From: an uncultured Candidatus Rokubacteria bacterium
GTDB lineage: Bacteria > Methylomirabilota > Methylomirabilia > Rokubacteriales > DASRDR01
Length of the DNA stretch: 64,000 nt
Direction: 5' to 3'
NCBI GenBank assembly: GCA_963805625.1
Contig: CAWDVE010000010.1
Coordinates: forward strand, 1,056,001 to 1,120,000
The notes under the pieces are model-generated. The model saw only the letters and a list, made by a program, of their open reading frames with translations. It searched no databases and was not told the DNA's origin. How positions within the stretch are numbered: the stretch's first letter is position 1; each line of letters starts with the position of its first letter. This document shows, piece after piece, positions 1 to 9,324 of this stretch. A program made the translations under genes and the position numbers.

Positions 1-198
1 GTAGCGGTTGTCCCAGTGGTAGAACCACGGCTGGACGAAGACGGCGCGGGCGACACCGGCCTCGTCCATGTAGTCCATGAAGAGCTCGACGGAGGCCGTG
101 GCCTGCGCGCTGTAGCCGATCTTCATGGGACCCGGGTCGAGGCCCGCGGCGGTCCCGTCCCACACATGCAGGTGCGAGTCGACCACGGCGTAAGCCAC
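1..198 (-). CDS. Amidohydrolase family protein (Amidohydro_2-like), N-terminal part; runs off the window edge
   Basis: Manual translation from GTG at 198: MAYAVVDSHLHVWD...SVELFMDYMDEAGVARAVFVQPWFYHWDNRY. It has the D-x-H-x-H metal motif and the 'MDxAGVxRAVxVQP...DN' pattern. Not in the ORF track. Confidence 0.8.
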   Translation of the reverse strand, partial: MAYAVVDSHLHVWDGTAAGLDPGPMKIGYSAQATASVELFMDYMDEAGVARAVFVQPWFYHWDNRY

Positions 199-327
199 GA
201 AGACAAAGGGTAGCACGAGCATTCCCGAATCGGCAGCGGTCTACTGGTTCCCGGCTCGTGCGATACTGCCGCCACGCATCGCCGAGCGGCCGAGACGATG
301 TCCATTCACTCTGCGATCGGAGGTCCC

Positions 328-1296
328 ATGAGCGATCGGCGCGACGTGGTGATCGTCATCCCCGGGGATGATCCCCCGCAGATCCAGGGCTCCCCGCATC
401 TCGAACGCCTCCGCCACTACGGGGAGGTGCGGCTCCACACCGACCGGCCCGCCACGCCCGAGGAGAAGCTCGCGCGGGCGCGCGACGCCGTCTGTCTCGT
501 GAACACCCGGGGGGCGATCAAGTGGCCCCGCGAGGCGCTCCTGGCGTTGCCGCGGCTCCGGATGGCCACCGTGTGCGGCATCGGGACCGATTCCTTCGAC
601 CTCGTTGCGGCGGGCGAGCGGGGCATCGTCGTGTGCAACATCCCCGGCAAGACCGCGCCCATCGTCGCCGAGCACGCGTTCGGGCTCATGCTCGCGGCCG
701 CCAAGCGCGCCCACTTCCAGACCGCGGAGCTCAAGGCGGGTCGCTGGACCCGCATGGACAACGTCTATCTCCACGGCAAAACGCTCGGTGTCGTCGGGAC
801 GGGGGCGATCGGCGGCATGATGGCTCGTCTCGGGCGCGCGATCGGCATGGACGTGGTCGCCTGGACGTTCAGTCCGAGCCCGGCGCGCGCGGCCGAGCTC
901 GGCGTCCGTTACCTCCCGCTCGACGAGCTCCTGCGGACGGCGGACGTCGTGTCGCTCCACGTCCGGCTCACGGCGGAGAGCCGTGGCCTCCTCGGCCCGC
1001 GCGAGCTCGGCCTGATGAAGACGGGCGCCATCCTGGTCAACACGGCCCGCGGACCGGTCGTGGACACCGACGCGCTGGTGGCCGCGCTCCACGCTGGCCA
1101 CCTGGCCGGGGCGGCACTCGACGTGTTCGACACCGAGCCGCTCCCCGCGACGCATCCCCTGCTCGCCTGCGAGCAGGTCGTGCTCACCCCGCACAACGCC
1201 GATCAGACGCCCGAGGGAATGGACCTCCTGAACGCGGGCGTCGTCGACAACGTGATCGCGTTCCTGGAGGGGCGGCCCCAGAACGTCGTCGGGTAG
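328..1296 (+). CDS. D-isomer-specific 2-hydroxyacid dehydrogenase (SerA/glycerate DH-like)
   Basis: GVVGTGAIG Rossmann motif, NTARG, DVFDTEP, TPH. GGAGG RBS precedes ATG at 328. Confidence 0.9.
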   Translation: MSDRRDVVIVIPGDDPPQIQGSPHLERLRHYGEVRLHTDRPATPEEKLARARDAVCLVNTRGAIKWPREALLALPRLRMATVCGIGTDSFDLVAAGERGIVVCNIPGKTAPIVAEHAFGLMLAAAKRAHFQTAELKAGRWTRMDNVYLHGKTLGVVGTGAIGGMMARLGRAIGMDVVAWTFSPSPARAAELGVRYLPLDELLRTADVVSLHVRLTAESRGLLGPRELGLMKTGAILVNTARGPVVDTDALVAALHAGHLAGAALDVFDTEPLPATHPLLACEQVVLTPHNADQTPEGMDLLNAGVVDNVIAFLEGRPQNVVG

Positions 1297-1670
1297 CCCG
1301 CTCCCGGTGCCGCGCTACCAGCGGCTCGGTCTCCGGACCTGGGCCGCCGCGTGTTCGACCGCCCTCCGGGGCCCATGCGGCGTCGGCCGGTTCATCGCAA
1401 GCACCTTGTAGCAACCACAGCGTCCTATTGCCCCGTTGCCGGGCACGGAGGGACCGTGCCACGAAACCAGGGAATCGGGCCTGCTGCTTGCAGGCCCACC
1501 TGCAGGATGGCTGTGGTTCGTCAACGGCATCGGCGTGTCCGGCCGCGCCTATTAGCGCCGACACTACCCTCTCAGCGTCTTGCGAACTTCAGGTGCGTCA
1601 CCTTTGGGGCAGCGACCGTCCACACGAGCTCGGGCCCGTGCAGATCGGCGCCGGCGGGTTCATCGCGAAG

Positions 1671-1880
1671 TTAGACCACCGGGCGCGTGCCTACGAGGAC
1701 GGGCTGGAAGAATCGATCGTCCACCCGACGAACGCCCTGAAAGCCGACTACGCTCATGAGCTCGCCGACCTGCGCAACCGGGATCGCGAGATAAGAGCTC
1801 TTCAGGATGGTTGCGCATTCGTCAACGCTGTCCGCAGGCGTGATCTCAAACGAAAGATCATATCGCGGTCCCCGCCACGC
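1671..1880 (-). pseudogene. C-terminal remnant of a class I SAM methyltransferase-like gene
   Basis: Manual translation WRGPRYDLSFEITP...SSYLAIPVAQVGELMSVVGFQGVRRVDDRFFQPVLVGTRPVV* resembles methyltransferase C-termini. No start codon or N-terminus found. Confidence 0.45.
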
Positions 1881-1947
1881 TCGCTGACGCCATTCGCCTC
1901 GTCGTGGGCCGCGAAGACACGGGCTCTAGCTCGAGTCTGCGCCGGCG

Positions 1948-4656
1948 CTACCGGTGGCTCTCCGTCTGCAGTCGCCGCAGCGTCTCCTCCAGCTTTCGCA
2001 AGTCCTCCGCGAAGCCTGCGAAGTCGCCTCGACCGAAGCGCTCGCGCGCCCGGGTGAAGTGCTCGAGCGCCTCGGCCGCCAGCCGCGGCGGGATACCGCC
2101 CGCGGTCGGCGGCGCCCCGGCCGCCGCGGGCGCGCCGGCGGCCGCTGCGGGACGGGCGCCGAAGAGCTGCTGGAGCGAGGCTTCCAGTGTCTCGTCCATC
2201 GCGATCCGGTTCCCGTAGGCCACGATCACTCGCTTCAGCTCCGGCAGGCGCCCGCGCTCCGCCGCGAGGTAGAGGGGCTGGACGTAGAGGAGCGACTCCT
2301 CGATGGGGATCGCGAGGAGGCCCCCCCGGATCACCTGCGAGCCGGCCTGGCCCCACAGCGAGAGCTGCTGGGAGATGAACGCGTCCTGGTCGATGCGGGC
2401 CTCGACCTGCCGCGGGCCGAACACGAGCTTGCCCTTCGGGAACTCGAAGAGCACGAGCTTGCCGTAGTCCGGCGGGTCCGAGCGCGCCGCCAGCCACGCG
2501 ATCATGTTGTCCCGGCGCACGGGAGTGAACGGCAGGAGGAGGATGAACTCCTCGCGCTTCTCGGCGGGGAGCCGCATGATCGTGTAGTATGGCTCCATCT
2601 CCGTGTCCCGGCCCTCCGTCTTCCGGATCGGGACCGTCCAGAGGTCCTCCTTGTTGTAGAAGACCTGCGGATCGAGCATGTGGTACTGCGCGTACATCCG
2701 CGCCTGGATGCCGAAGAAGTCCTGCGGGTAGCGGATGTGGGACCGCAGGTCCTCGGGCATGGCCGAGAAGGGCCGGAACAAACCGGGGAACGCGCGCGCG
2801 TAGGAGGCGACGAGCGGCTCGTTGGGCTCGACGACGTAGAAGGCCACCGTCCCGTCGTAGGCGTCCACGGTCACCTTCACCGAGTTGCGGATGTAGTTGC
2901 CCACCCCGGGGGTTCGGTGAGAGTAGGGGAAGTAGTCGGTCGTGGTGTAGGCATCGACAAGCCAGACGATTCGCCCGGCGGTGGTGATGACCGGGTACGG
3001 GTCGCGGTCCACCCGCAGGAACGGCGCGATCTTCTGCACCCGCTCGGCGACCTGCCGGTGGTAGAGGATCCGGCTCTCGGGGGTGAAGTCGTCGGACAGG
3101 AGGATCTTGATCTCGGCGAACCGCGCCGCAAAGACGATACGGCGCCCCAGCGACCCGATGCCCACGCCGCCCGTGCCCGAATAGGTCGTGTAGACGTTCT
3201 GATCGCCCTGCGGGTAGTTCAGCTCGGGCGCGCGCATCTTGACCAACACGTACGCGTTCGCGACCTCGCCGTAGTAAACCTCCGGCCGGCTGATCTTGAG
3301 CGGGCCGACGGCCGCGGGCGGGATGTCCTTGACGAAGAACTCCGGCAGCCCCTCCCGCGTCACGCGGTTGACCGGGCCCACCACGGCGCCGTACCCGTGC
3401 GTGTACACGAGGTGCTCGTTGATCCAGATCCGGCTCGGAAGATGGGCGGACGACAGCTCGCGGACGGACAGCATCACCTGCCGGGACTCCCCGTCGAGCT
3501 GGTACCGGTCGTTGTCCACGTCGACGAACTTGTAGTAGGTGCGGATCTCCTGGAGCTGACCGTAGGAGTCGAGCGCGGGCCGGTGCTCCCACAGGCGGAT
3601 GTTCTTGATGGTCGTGTCGTTCTTGCGGAGGACGGCCGCGGTGAGGTTCTCCTCGGCCGGGAAGGGCCGAGACTCGATCCGGTCGAGCCCGTAGGCGCGG
3701 TTGGTGGCGGCGATCGTCCGCTCGATGTAGGGCCGCTCGGCCACGATCTCGTTGGGAGCCACCCGGAACCGCTGGACGAAGGCTGGATAGGCGGCCAGGC
3801 CGATCAGGCCCCCCGCGATCCAGAAGGCGAGCCCGACGAAGGCAAAGCGCAGACCGGGCCGCGTCATCTGGACCAGGCACAGAACGGCTGCGAGGCCGGC
3901 CAGGCCGATCATGGCGTAGAGTGCCGGGAGGCTGGCGTTGACGTCCGCGTAGCTGGCCCCGAACGATGCCCCGCCCGCGGAGAAGAGGAGGCCGAAGGCG
4001 TCCAGCGAGTACCCCCACGCCTTGACGACGAGGAATGCGGCTCCCAGACCCAGCAAGTGCCCTTTCGCCCACGGGGCGACGACGAGGCCTCGGGGCGTCA
4101 GCCGCGCGCCGCGAGAGAACACGTACACGGCGGCGACCGCCGCCAGGGTCACGGACAGGACCAGGGTGAGAAACTGGAACGCGCCGAGCAGGAGCGGGTA
4201 CGTGAAGACATAGAACCCGACGTCCCGGCCGAAGAGGGGCTCGGTCACGCCGAAGACCCCGGCGTTCCGGAACCGGATCAACGTCTCCCATCGAGCCGTC
4301 CCCTGTCCGCTCAGCATGAACGCGATCACGAGACAGCCGGGTAGCAGGAACTTCCGGTAGAGCGGCTCCACCTGGCGCCAGCTCGGGAGCTGGGGCAGAT
4401 CGTCCTCGCCGGCGAGCTCGACGAGCGGCCCGTGTCCCCGGCGCGTCGCCAGGAGATTGAGATAGAGCACCAGGAACGCCAGGACTCCGGTTCCCACGCC
4501 CAGCAGGATCTTCGTCGACAGGATGGTCGCGAAGACCCCCGAGAAGCCGACCTCGTCGAACCAGAGCCAGTCGGTGTAGAGCTCGACAGCCTGTCGGCCG
4601 AACGGCAGCACCAGGAACAGTACGACCATCCCGACGAATACGCCTATCCTTGCCAT
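1948..4656 (-). CDS. UPF0182 family membrane protein
   Basis: YTDWLWF, FGRDVGFY, APNE...ERPYI, HLVYTHGYG, NYIRNSVK and VIRGGLLAIPI motifs. Start at ATG 4656; the ORF track starts at 4695. Confidence 0.93.
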   Translation of the reverse strand: MARIGVFVGMVVLFLVLPFGRQAVELYTDWLWFDEVGFSGVFATILSTKILLGVGTGVLAFLVLYLNLLATRRGHGPLVELAGEDDLPQLPSWRQVEPLYRKFLLPGCLVIAFMLSGQGTARWETLIRFRNAGVFGVTEPLFGRDVGFYVFTYPLLLGAFQFLTLVLSVTLAAVAAVYVFSRGARLTPRGLVVAPWAKGHLLGLGAAFLVVKAWGYSLDAFGLLFSAGGASFGASYADVNASLPALYAMIGLAGLAAVLCLVQMTRPGLRFAFVGLAFWIAGGLIGLAAYPAFVQRFRVAPNEIVAERPYIERTIAATNRAYGLDRIESRPFPAEENLTAAVLRKNDTTIKNIRLWEHRPALDSYGQLQEIRTYYKFVDVDNDRYQLDGESRQVMLSVRELSSAHLPSRIWINEHLVYTHGYGAVVGPVNRVTREGLPEFFVKDIPPAAVGPLKISRPEVYYGEVANAYVLVKMRAPELNYPQGDQNVYTTYSGTGGVGIGSLGRRIVFAARFAEIKILLSDDFTPESRILYHRQVAERVQKIAPFLRVDRDPYPVITTAGRIVWLVDAYTTTDYFPYSHRTPGVGNYIRNSVKVTVDAYDGTVAFYVVEPNEPLVASYARAFPGLFRPFSAMPEDLRSHIRYPQDFFGIQARMYAQYHMLDPQVFYNKEDLWTVPIRKTEGRDTEMEPYYTIMRLPAEKREEFILLLPFTPVRRDNMIAWLAARSDPPDYGKLVLFEFPKGKLVFGPRQVEARIDQDAFISQQLSLWGQAGSQVIRGGLLAIPIEESLLYVQPLYLAAERGRLPELKRVIVAYGNRIAMDETLEASLQQLFGARPAAAAGAPAAAGAPPTAGGIPPRLAAEALEHFTRARERFGRGDFAGFAEDLRKLEETLRRLQTESHR

Positions 4657-4800
4657 GCTCCCCTTCGTCGTCTCGGAAGGGACGACCCGAGTCACCCCGA
4701 CCGCGATTGGTTGACCGCGAAAGCGCTGCCGGCCGCCGGCGCCTCGCCGGTGGACGGACCGGATTCAGCCGCCGGCCGATCGCCGGACGGCACAAGGACA

Positions 4801-5157
4801 CTAGGGGACGGGCGGACTCCGCGGGGCGCCCGCGGGGAGTGGACGTGACGCAAGGTCGTCTCGGAGGTTCCCCTCACCTGAGCAGCCGGCGAGATCGGAC
4901 GCCAGAACGGCCGGCGCGCACGCGGGCGGGAGCGCCGGCGCCGGCGGCCGCTGGACTGGGCGATCGTCCGCCGCGACGTCGAGCTGGGCTTGGCGATACC
5001 GCGCGAAGACGATCCCGGGGGCGCGGTCGACAGCGCCGCCCCGCCCCGTCCGCGGCATGGCGGCGGCGAGCGGGATCAGATAGACAAACAGACCCAGCAC
5101 CGCCCCCGCACGGGCGAAGGTCGTCGGCCGATGGCGTCGGGGTGGCCCGGAACGCAT
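4801..5157 (-). CDS. Small uORF protein with N-terminal hydrophobic segment and C-terminal RSPP motif (RAPP-like arrest peptide or DUF2946-like)
   Basis: MRSGPPRRHRPTTFARAGAVLGLFVYLIPLAAAMP...AGAPRSPPVP*. Co-oriented directly upstream of UPF0182. Confidence 0.5.
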   Translation of the reverse strand: MRSGPPRRHRPTTFARAGAVLGLFVYLIPLAAAMPRTGRGGAVDRAPGIVFARYRQAQLDVAADDRPVQRPPAPALPPACAPAVLASDLAGCSGEGNLRDDLASRPLPAGAPRSPPVP

Positions 5158-5282
5158 GCCCCGAAGAGTAGCAATCCCCGCCAGGGTTGACAATGCGAGC
5201 GCGTGATACCTTCGGAGCTAGCGCGCCCCTCGCCCGTCCGTTCCATCCCGTCAACCTCCGGGTGCTCCGAAGGGGAACCGCC

Positions 5283-5360
5283 ATGGACGAACACGAGATG
5301 CGACACTGGCTTCACCGGGTCCGGGGCGGGCATCGTCTCACGCCGGCAGTTCCACGACGA
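5283..5360 (+). pseudogene. N-terminal remnant of a Tat-type peptide ABC substrate-binding protein
   Basis: RBS then MDEHEMRHWLHRVRGG, a frameshift to GIVSRRQF (twin-arginine-like), then no continuation. Confidence 0.4.
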
Positions 5361-5609
5361 CCCTGGACGGGCCGGATCCCCAGAGCCTCATGGAGCAGTT
5401 CGCCTCCCGGGAGGTCTCGTCCAAGCAGAACCGCTGGCACGCTTGCCGCACCGGCGCCTCACGCCGCTCGGACGCCGCGGAGGGCCGGAAGGTGCAGCGG
5501 CCTTTGGTGACTTCACGACGTTGCCCTTGCCAGGACGGGGATGGTATGACTTCACGTCGGCCGCGACGCGTGACCCTCTAGCTCATGATCTCGACTCGGC
5601 CTCGTCGCC

Positions 5610-6233
5610 CTCGCCGCGCTGACGATCGCCTTCGGGGCCGGACCGGCCGAAGCCGCGGGGACCTTCCGGATCGCCATGGGCGTGGATCTCGACACGGTCG
5701 ACCCGCTCAGATGACGACGACCACCGTCGCGAACATGGTCGACTACGTGGCGGAGACGCTTACCGCGCTCGGCCCGACGGGAAGGCCCAGCCATGGCTCG
5801 CCGAGAGCTGGACGCTCGCGCCGGACGGGCTCACCCACACGTTCAAGCTCCGGAGGGGCGTCGTCTTCCACGACGGGACGCCGTTCGACGCGAAGGCGGT
5901 CAAGTTCACGTTCGACCGCCTGGAGGATCCCGCGATCCGCGTGCCGGTTCGCACGTCGCTCCCGCTCAAGGAGATCGAGGTCGTGGATGCCTCCACGGTC
6001 AAGATGACCCTGACTCGGCCGTCGGCGCCCTTCATCTCGGCTCTGGCGCAGACCACCACCGCGATCGTGTCGCCGGCGGCAGCCGACAAGAACGGGAACG
6101 AGCACAAGAACATCGTTCACACTGTCGGAACCGGGCCCTACGTGTTCAAGGAGCGGAAGAAGGGCGAAAGCTTCACGGTCACTCTGAACGACAAGTAGTG
6201 GGGCAAGAGGCCGAGCTACGATACGGTCGTCTA
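5610..6233 (+). pseudogene. ABC substrate-binding protein family 5 (DppA/OppA-like), degraded
   Basis: GTFRIAMGVDLDTVDP / QMTTTTVANMVDYVAETL / PWLAESWTLAPDGLTHTFKLRRGVVFHDGTPFDAKAVKFTFDR...VGTGPY. Two frameshifts, an in-frame TAG at 6196, and truncated. Confidence 0.85.
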
Positions 6234-6499
6234 CGCCCGCGCCATCGCGGCAGCCGATTCGGCTGGGTAGGCCTCGCCGGCCCTGGCGATCGATCCGCTG
6301 TAGCGACACCGGCACGCCGGGCACGCGGCCCGCTGGCGATATCCGGCTGGGCGCACCGGCCGTCGCAGAGGTACCATCGGAGAAGCGGCAGTTGCTCGCG
6401 GATTGCCCTCGTCTCGTGACGGCCAGCAGGCGACAGGGCTCCCGCGGGCGCCCGCGAACATCCGCACCCTCCGGCATCCGCTGGCAGAAGGAGCATGAC

Positions 6500-7387
6500 A
6501 TGGAAAGAAAGCAGGCGTCGGAATACCCGCAGGATCTCCTGGACCTGTTTCATGAGTACCAGCACGGCGAGATCACCCGTCGTGAGTTCTTCGATCGCGC
6601 CGCGAAGTTCGCCGTCGGCGGACTGACCGTGACGGCGATCTGGGAAAGCCTCAAGCCCAACTACGCGTGGGCCCAGCAGGTCCCCAAGGACGACATGCGG
6701 ATCACGGCCTCCTACGAGACAGTCCCCTCGCCGGGAGGCAACGGCTCGATCAAGGGCTACCTCGCTCGTCCGGCGCGGGCAGCCGGGAAGGTGCCGGCCG
6801 TGGTCGTCATCCACGAGAACCGCGGGCTCAACCCCTACATCGAGGACGTGGCCCGCCGCCTGGCGGTCCTCGACTTCGTCGCCTACGCCCCGGACGGCCT
6901 CACGTCGGTCGGCGGGTATCCGGGCGACGACGAGAAGGCCGCGGCGGCGTTCGGGACCGTGGACGGTCCGAAGATGGCCGAGGACTTCTTGGCCTCGGCG
7001 AAGTGGCTGAAGGCGCGCCCGGAGTCCAGCGGCAAGCTTGGCGCCGTCGGCTTCTGCTTCGGCGGCGGGATCGTGAACCAGCTCGCGGTGCGGCTACCCG
7101 AGCTCGACGCGGCAGTCCCGTTCTACGGCCGCCAGCCGAGCGCCGACGCCGTACCGGAGATCAAGGCGTCGCTCCTGCTGCACTACGCCGGCAACGATCA
7201 GGGCATCAACGCCGGGATCCCCGCCTACGAAGCGGCGCTCAAGGCCAACGGCAAGGCGTACGCGCTGTATGTCTACGAGGGCACCCAGCACGGGTTCCAC
7301 AACGACACGACACCGCGCTACGACGAGAAAGCCGCGAAGCTCGCGTGGCAGCGCACGACCGACTTCCTCAACCGGACGCTTCGCTAG
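6500..7387 (+). CDS. Dienelactone hydrolase family protein (YghX-like)
   Basis: HENRGLNP, GFCFGG nucleophile elbow, HGFHND, N-terminal TRREF. AAGGAG RBS before ATG 6500. Confidence 0.92.
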   Translation: MERKQASEYPQDLLDLFHEYQHGEITRREFFDRAAKFAVGGLTVTAIWESLKPNYAWAQQVPKDDMRITASYETVPSPGGNGSIKGYLARPARAAGKVPAVVVIHENRGLNPYIEDVARRLAVLDFVAYAPDGLTSVGGYPGDDEKAAAAFGTVDGPKMAEDFLASAKWLKARPESSGKLGAVGFCFGGGIVNQLAVRLPELDAAVPFYGRQPSADAVPEIKASLLLHYAGNDQGINAGIPAYEAALKANGKAYALYVYEGTQHGFHNDTTPRYDEKAAKLAWQRTTDFLNRTLR

Positions 7388-7598
7388 CATCCAGAGCAGC
7401 ATCCGGCCGGCGGGCGGGGCCCTCGAGCTCGGGGCGCCGGGAACCGCCGGATGTCGCCCGCGCGCGCGATCCGTGGCTCGGCCCGGCCCTCCGCGGCGTG
7501 ATCACGCTGCGGAGGGCCGAGGCTCGCGACACTCCAAGACGCCTCTCGCCCTCTGACCAGGGACCGGCCCCATGGCCGCGCGGCCGGCTGGGAGGCGG

Positions 7599-8357
7599 CT
7601 AGCGGTCGAGGAACAGGCCGCCGCTCAAATTCAGGTTCGCGCCGGTGACGTAGCTAGCCTCGTCGGACGCGAGGAAGACGACGCACGCCGCGACCTCGTC
7701 GGGTCTCCCCTCGCGGCCGAGCGGGATGTGGAGGCCCGGCAGGGTGGAGCCGGCGATGCCCCCCATGTCGGTCGTGATGAGCCCCGGCGCGACGGCGTTG
7801 ACGCGAATCCGGTGCGGCGCCAGCTCTCGAGCGAAGGACCGCGTGATCGACACCAGCCCGGCCTTCGACGCCGCGTAGTGGGCGCACGGGTTGATCCCAC
7901 CGCTCCACGCCGCGTCCGAGGCGACGTTGACGATGGCCCCACCCTCCCCGCGCTCCTGCATCGCGCGCGCCGCGGCCTGGGCGCAGAAGAACGCGCCCTT
8001 CAGATTCACGTCGAGAACCTGGTCCCACTCCCGCTCCTCAATCTCGAGGGCGGGACGCCGCTCGAAGACACCGGCGTTGTTGACCAAGACGTCGATGCGC
8101 CCGAACGCGTCGAGCGTCGCTCGGACCAGGCGTCTCGCCTCGGCCACCCGGCCCAGGTCGGCAGCGTGCCATGCCCCGCGGGCGCCGATCGCGGCGATCT
8201 CGGCGAGCACGGCGCGGCCGGCGACCTCGTCGCGGCCGTTCACGACGACCGCGGCACCCTCACGCGCGCACGCAAGGGCGATCGCCCGCCCGATCCCACG
8301 CGTGGCTCCCGTCACGACGACCGCGCGCCCGGCGAGCCGCTGACCGGCCGCGCTCAC
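7599..8357 (-). CDS. Short-chain dehydrogenase/reductase (FabG-like)
   Basis: TGATRGIG, NNAG, YAASK motifs. Confidence 0.92.
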   Translation of the reverse strand: MSAAGQRLAGRAVVVTGATRGIGRAIALACAREGAAVVVNGRDEVAGRAVLAEIAAIGARGAWHAADLGRVAEARRLVRATLDAFGRIDVLVNNAGVFERRPALEIEEREWDQVLDVNLKGAFFCAQAAARAMQERGEGGAIVNVASDAAWSGGINPCAHYAASKAGLVSITRSFARELAPHRIRVNAVAPGLITTDMGGIAGSTLPGLHIPLGREGRPDEVAACVVFLASDEASYVTGANLNLSGGLFLDR

Positions 8358-8480
8358 GGGCGACCAGACGGTGGGCTCACCGGGGCTTGCCTCGCGTGCT
8401 CGGCTTGCGCGGCGGACGCCAGTCCCAGCCGGTCTTCACCGGGCGTGGCTGGCGGGGCCCGCCGGACTTCCGCGTCCCCA

Positions 8481-9161
8481 TCAGGGCTTGCGGAAGACGA
8501 TCCGCCCCATGTAGGACTCGGCGGTGCCCTTGACGTCGTCCGAGTCGATGCCGAAGGACACGCCGCCGGGATCCTCGGACTCCTCGCCGTAGATCTGCTT
8601 GAAGTCCTCGCGGACGTCGCGCCGCTCGGTGACCCATTTCCCCAGGTCCGCCGGCCCCGAGCGAACCACGACGTAGGTCACCGTCCCTGTTTTCTCGCTC
8701 TTGAACACGGAACCCACCGGGGCCGTCGTGTCCCAGATGTAGCCGATGATCCGCGAGCGAAGCGCCTCCGGGAAGCGGGGCCAGATGACATAAAGCTGGG
8801 CGGCCTCGTCGTCCGTCGCCGCGCGCCGCGCGTCGGCTCCCTTGGGAAGCGCCGCGACCTTCCAGGTCCACTCGAGGATCGGCGTCTCGGCGAGCCGGAC
8901 CTTGCCTCGGATGTCCTTGTTGACGTTGGAGCTGTCGCTCGCGCTCTTCATCTGGACCACGCGCTGCCCGTCCTGCTCGACCACCGTGAAGTTGTACGTC
9001 GGGCTGCCCCAGTCCTGCTTCTGCCAGCCGGGCGGGATGCCCCTGGCGCCCACGGGGGCCGCCGACCAGTCCTCGATGACGACGACGTCCGCCGCCAGGA
9101 CCACCGCGGCGACGAACATGCCGGCAAGCGCGACCATCCGGATTCCCAACCCACCCCTCAT
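8481..9161 (-). CDS. DUF3047 domain secreted protein
   Basis: Signal peptide; PILEWTWKV, DDEAAQLYV, YIWD, WVTERRDVREDF and IDSDD patterns. Confidence 0.8.
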   Translation of the reverse strand: MRGGLGIRMVALAGMFVAAVVLAADVVVIEDWSAAPVGARGIPPGWQKQDWGSPTYNFTVVEQDGQRVVQMKSASDSSNVNKDIRGKVRLAETPILEWTWKVAALPKGADARRAATDDEAAQLYVIWPRFPEALRSRIIGYIWDTTAPVGSVFKSEKTGTVTYVVVRSGPADLGKWVTERRDVREDFKQIYGEESEDPGGVSFGIDSDDVKGTAESYMGRIVFRKP

Positions 9162-9324
9162 ACGGTACTCCCTCGTTCCCCCGCGGCCGCAGCTGGTCGC
9201 GTGCCGTGAATGGTGACCATCCCGCGGAGCGAGTCGTCTCGTCTCCAGCATACCGGACGGACCCCGATCCGTGGGGTAGCGAACGCACTGTCTGTCGGCC
9301 GAGGGGCGAGAGGTCGTCAGAGGC

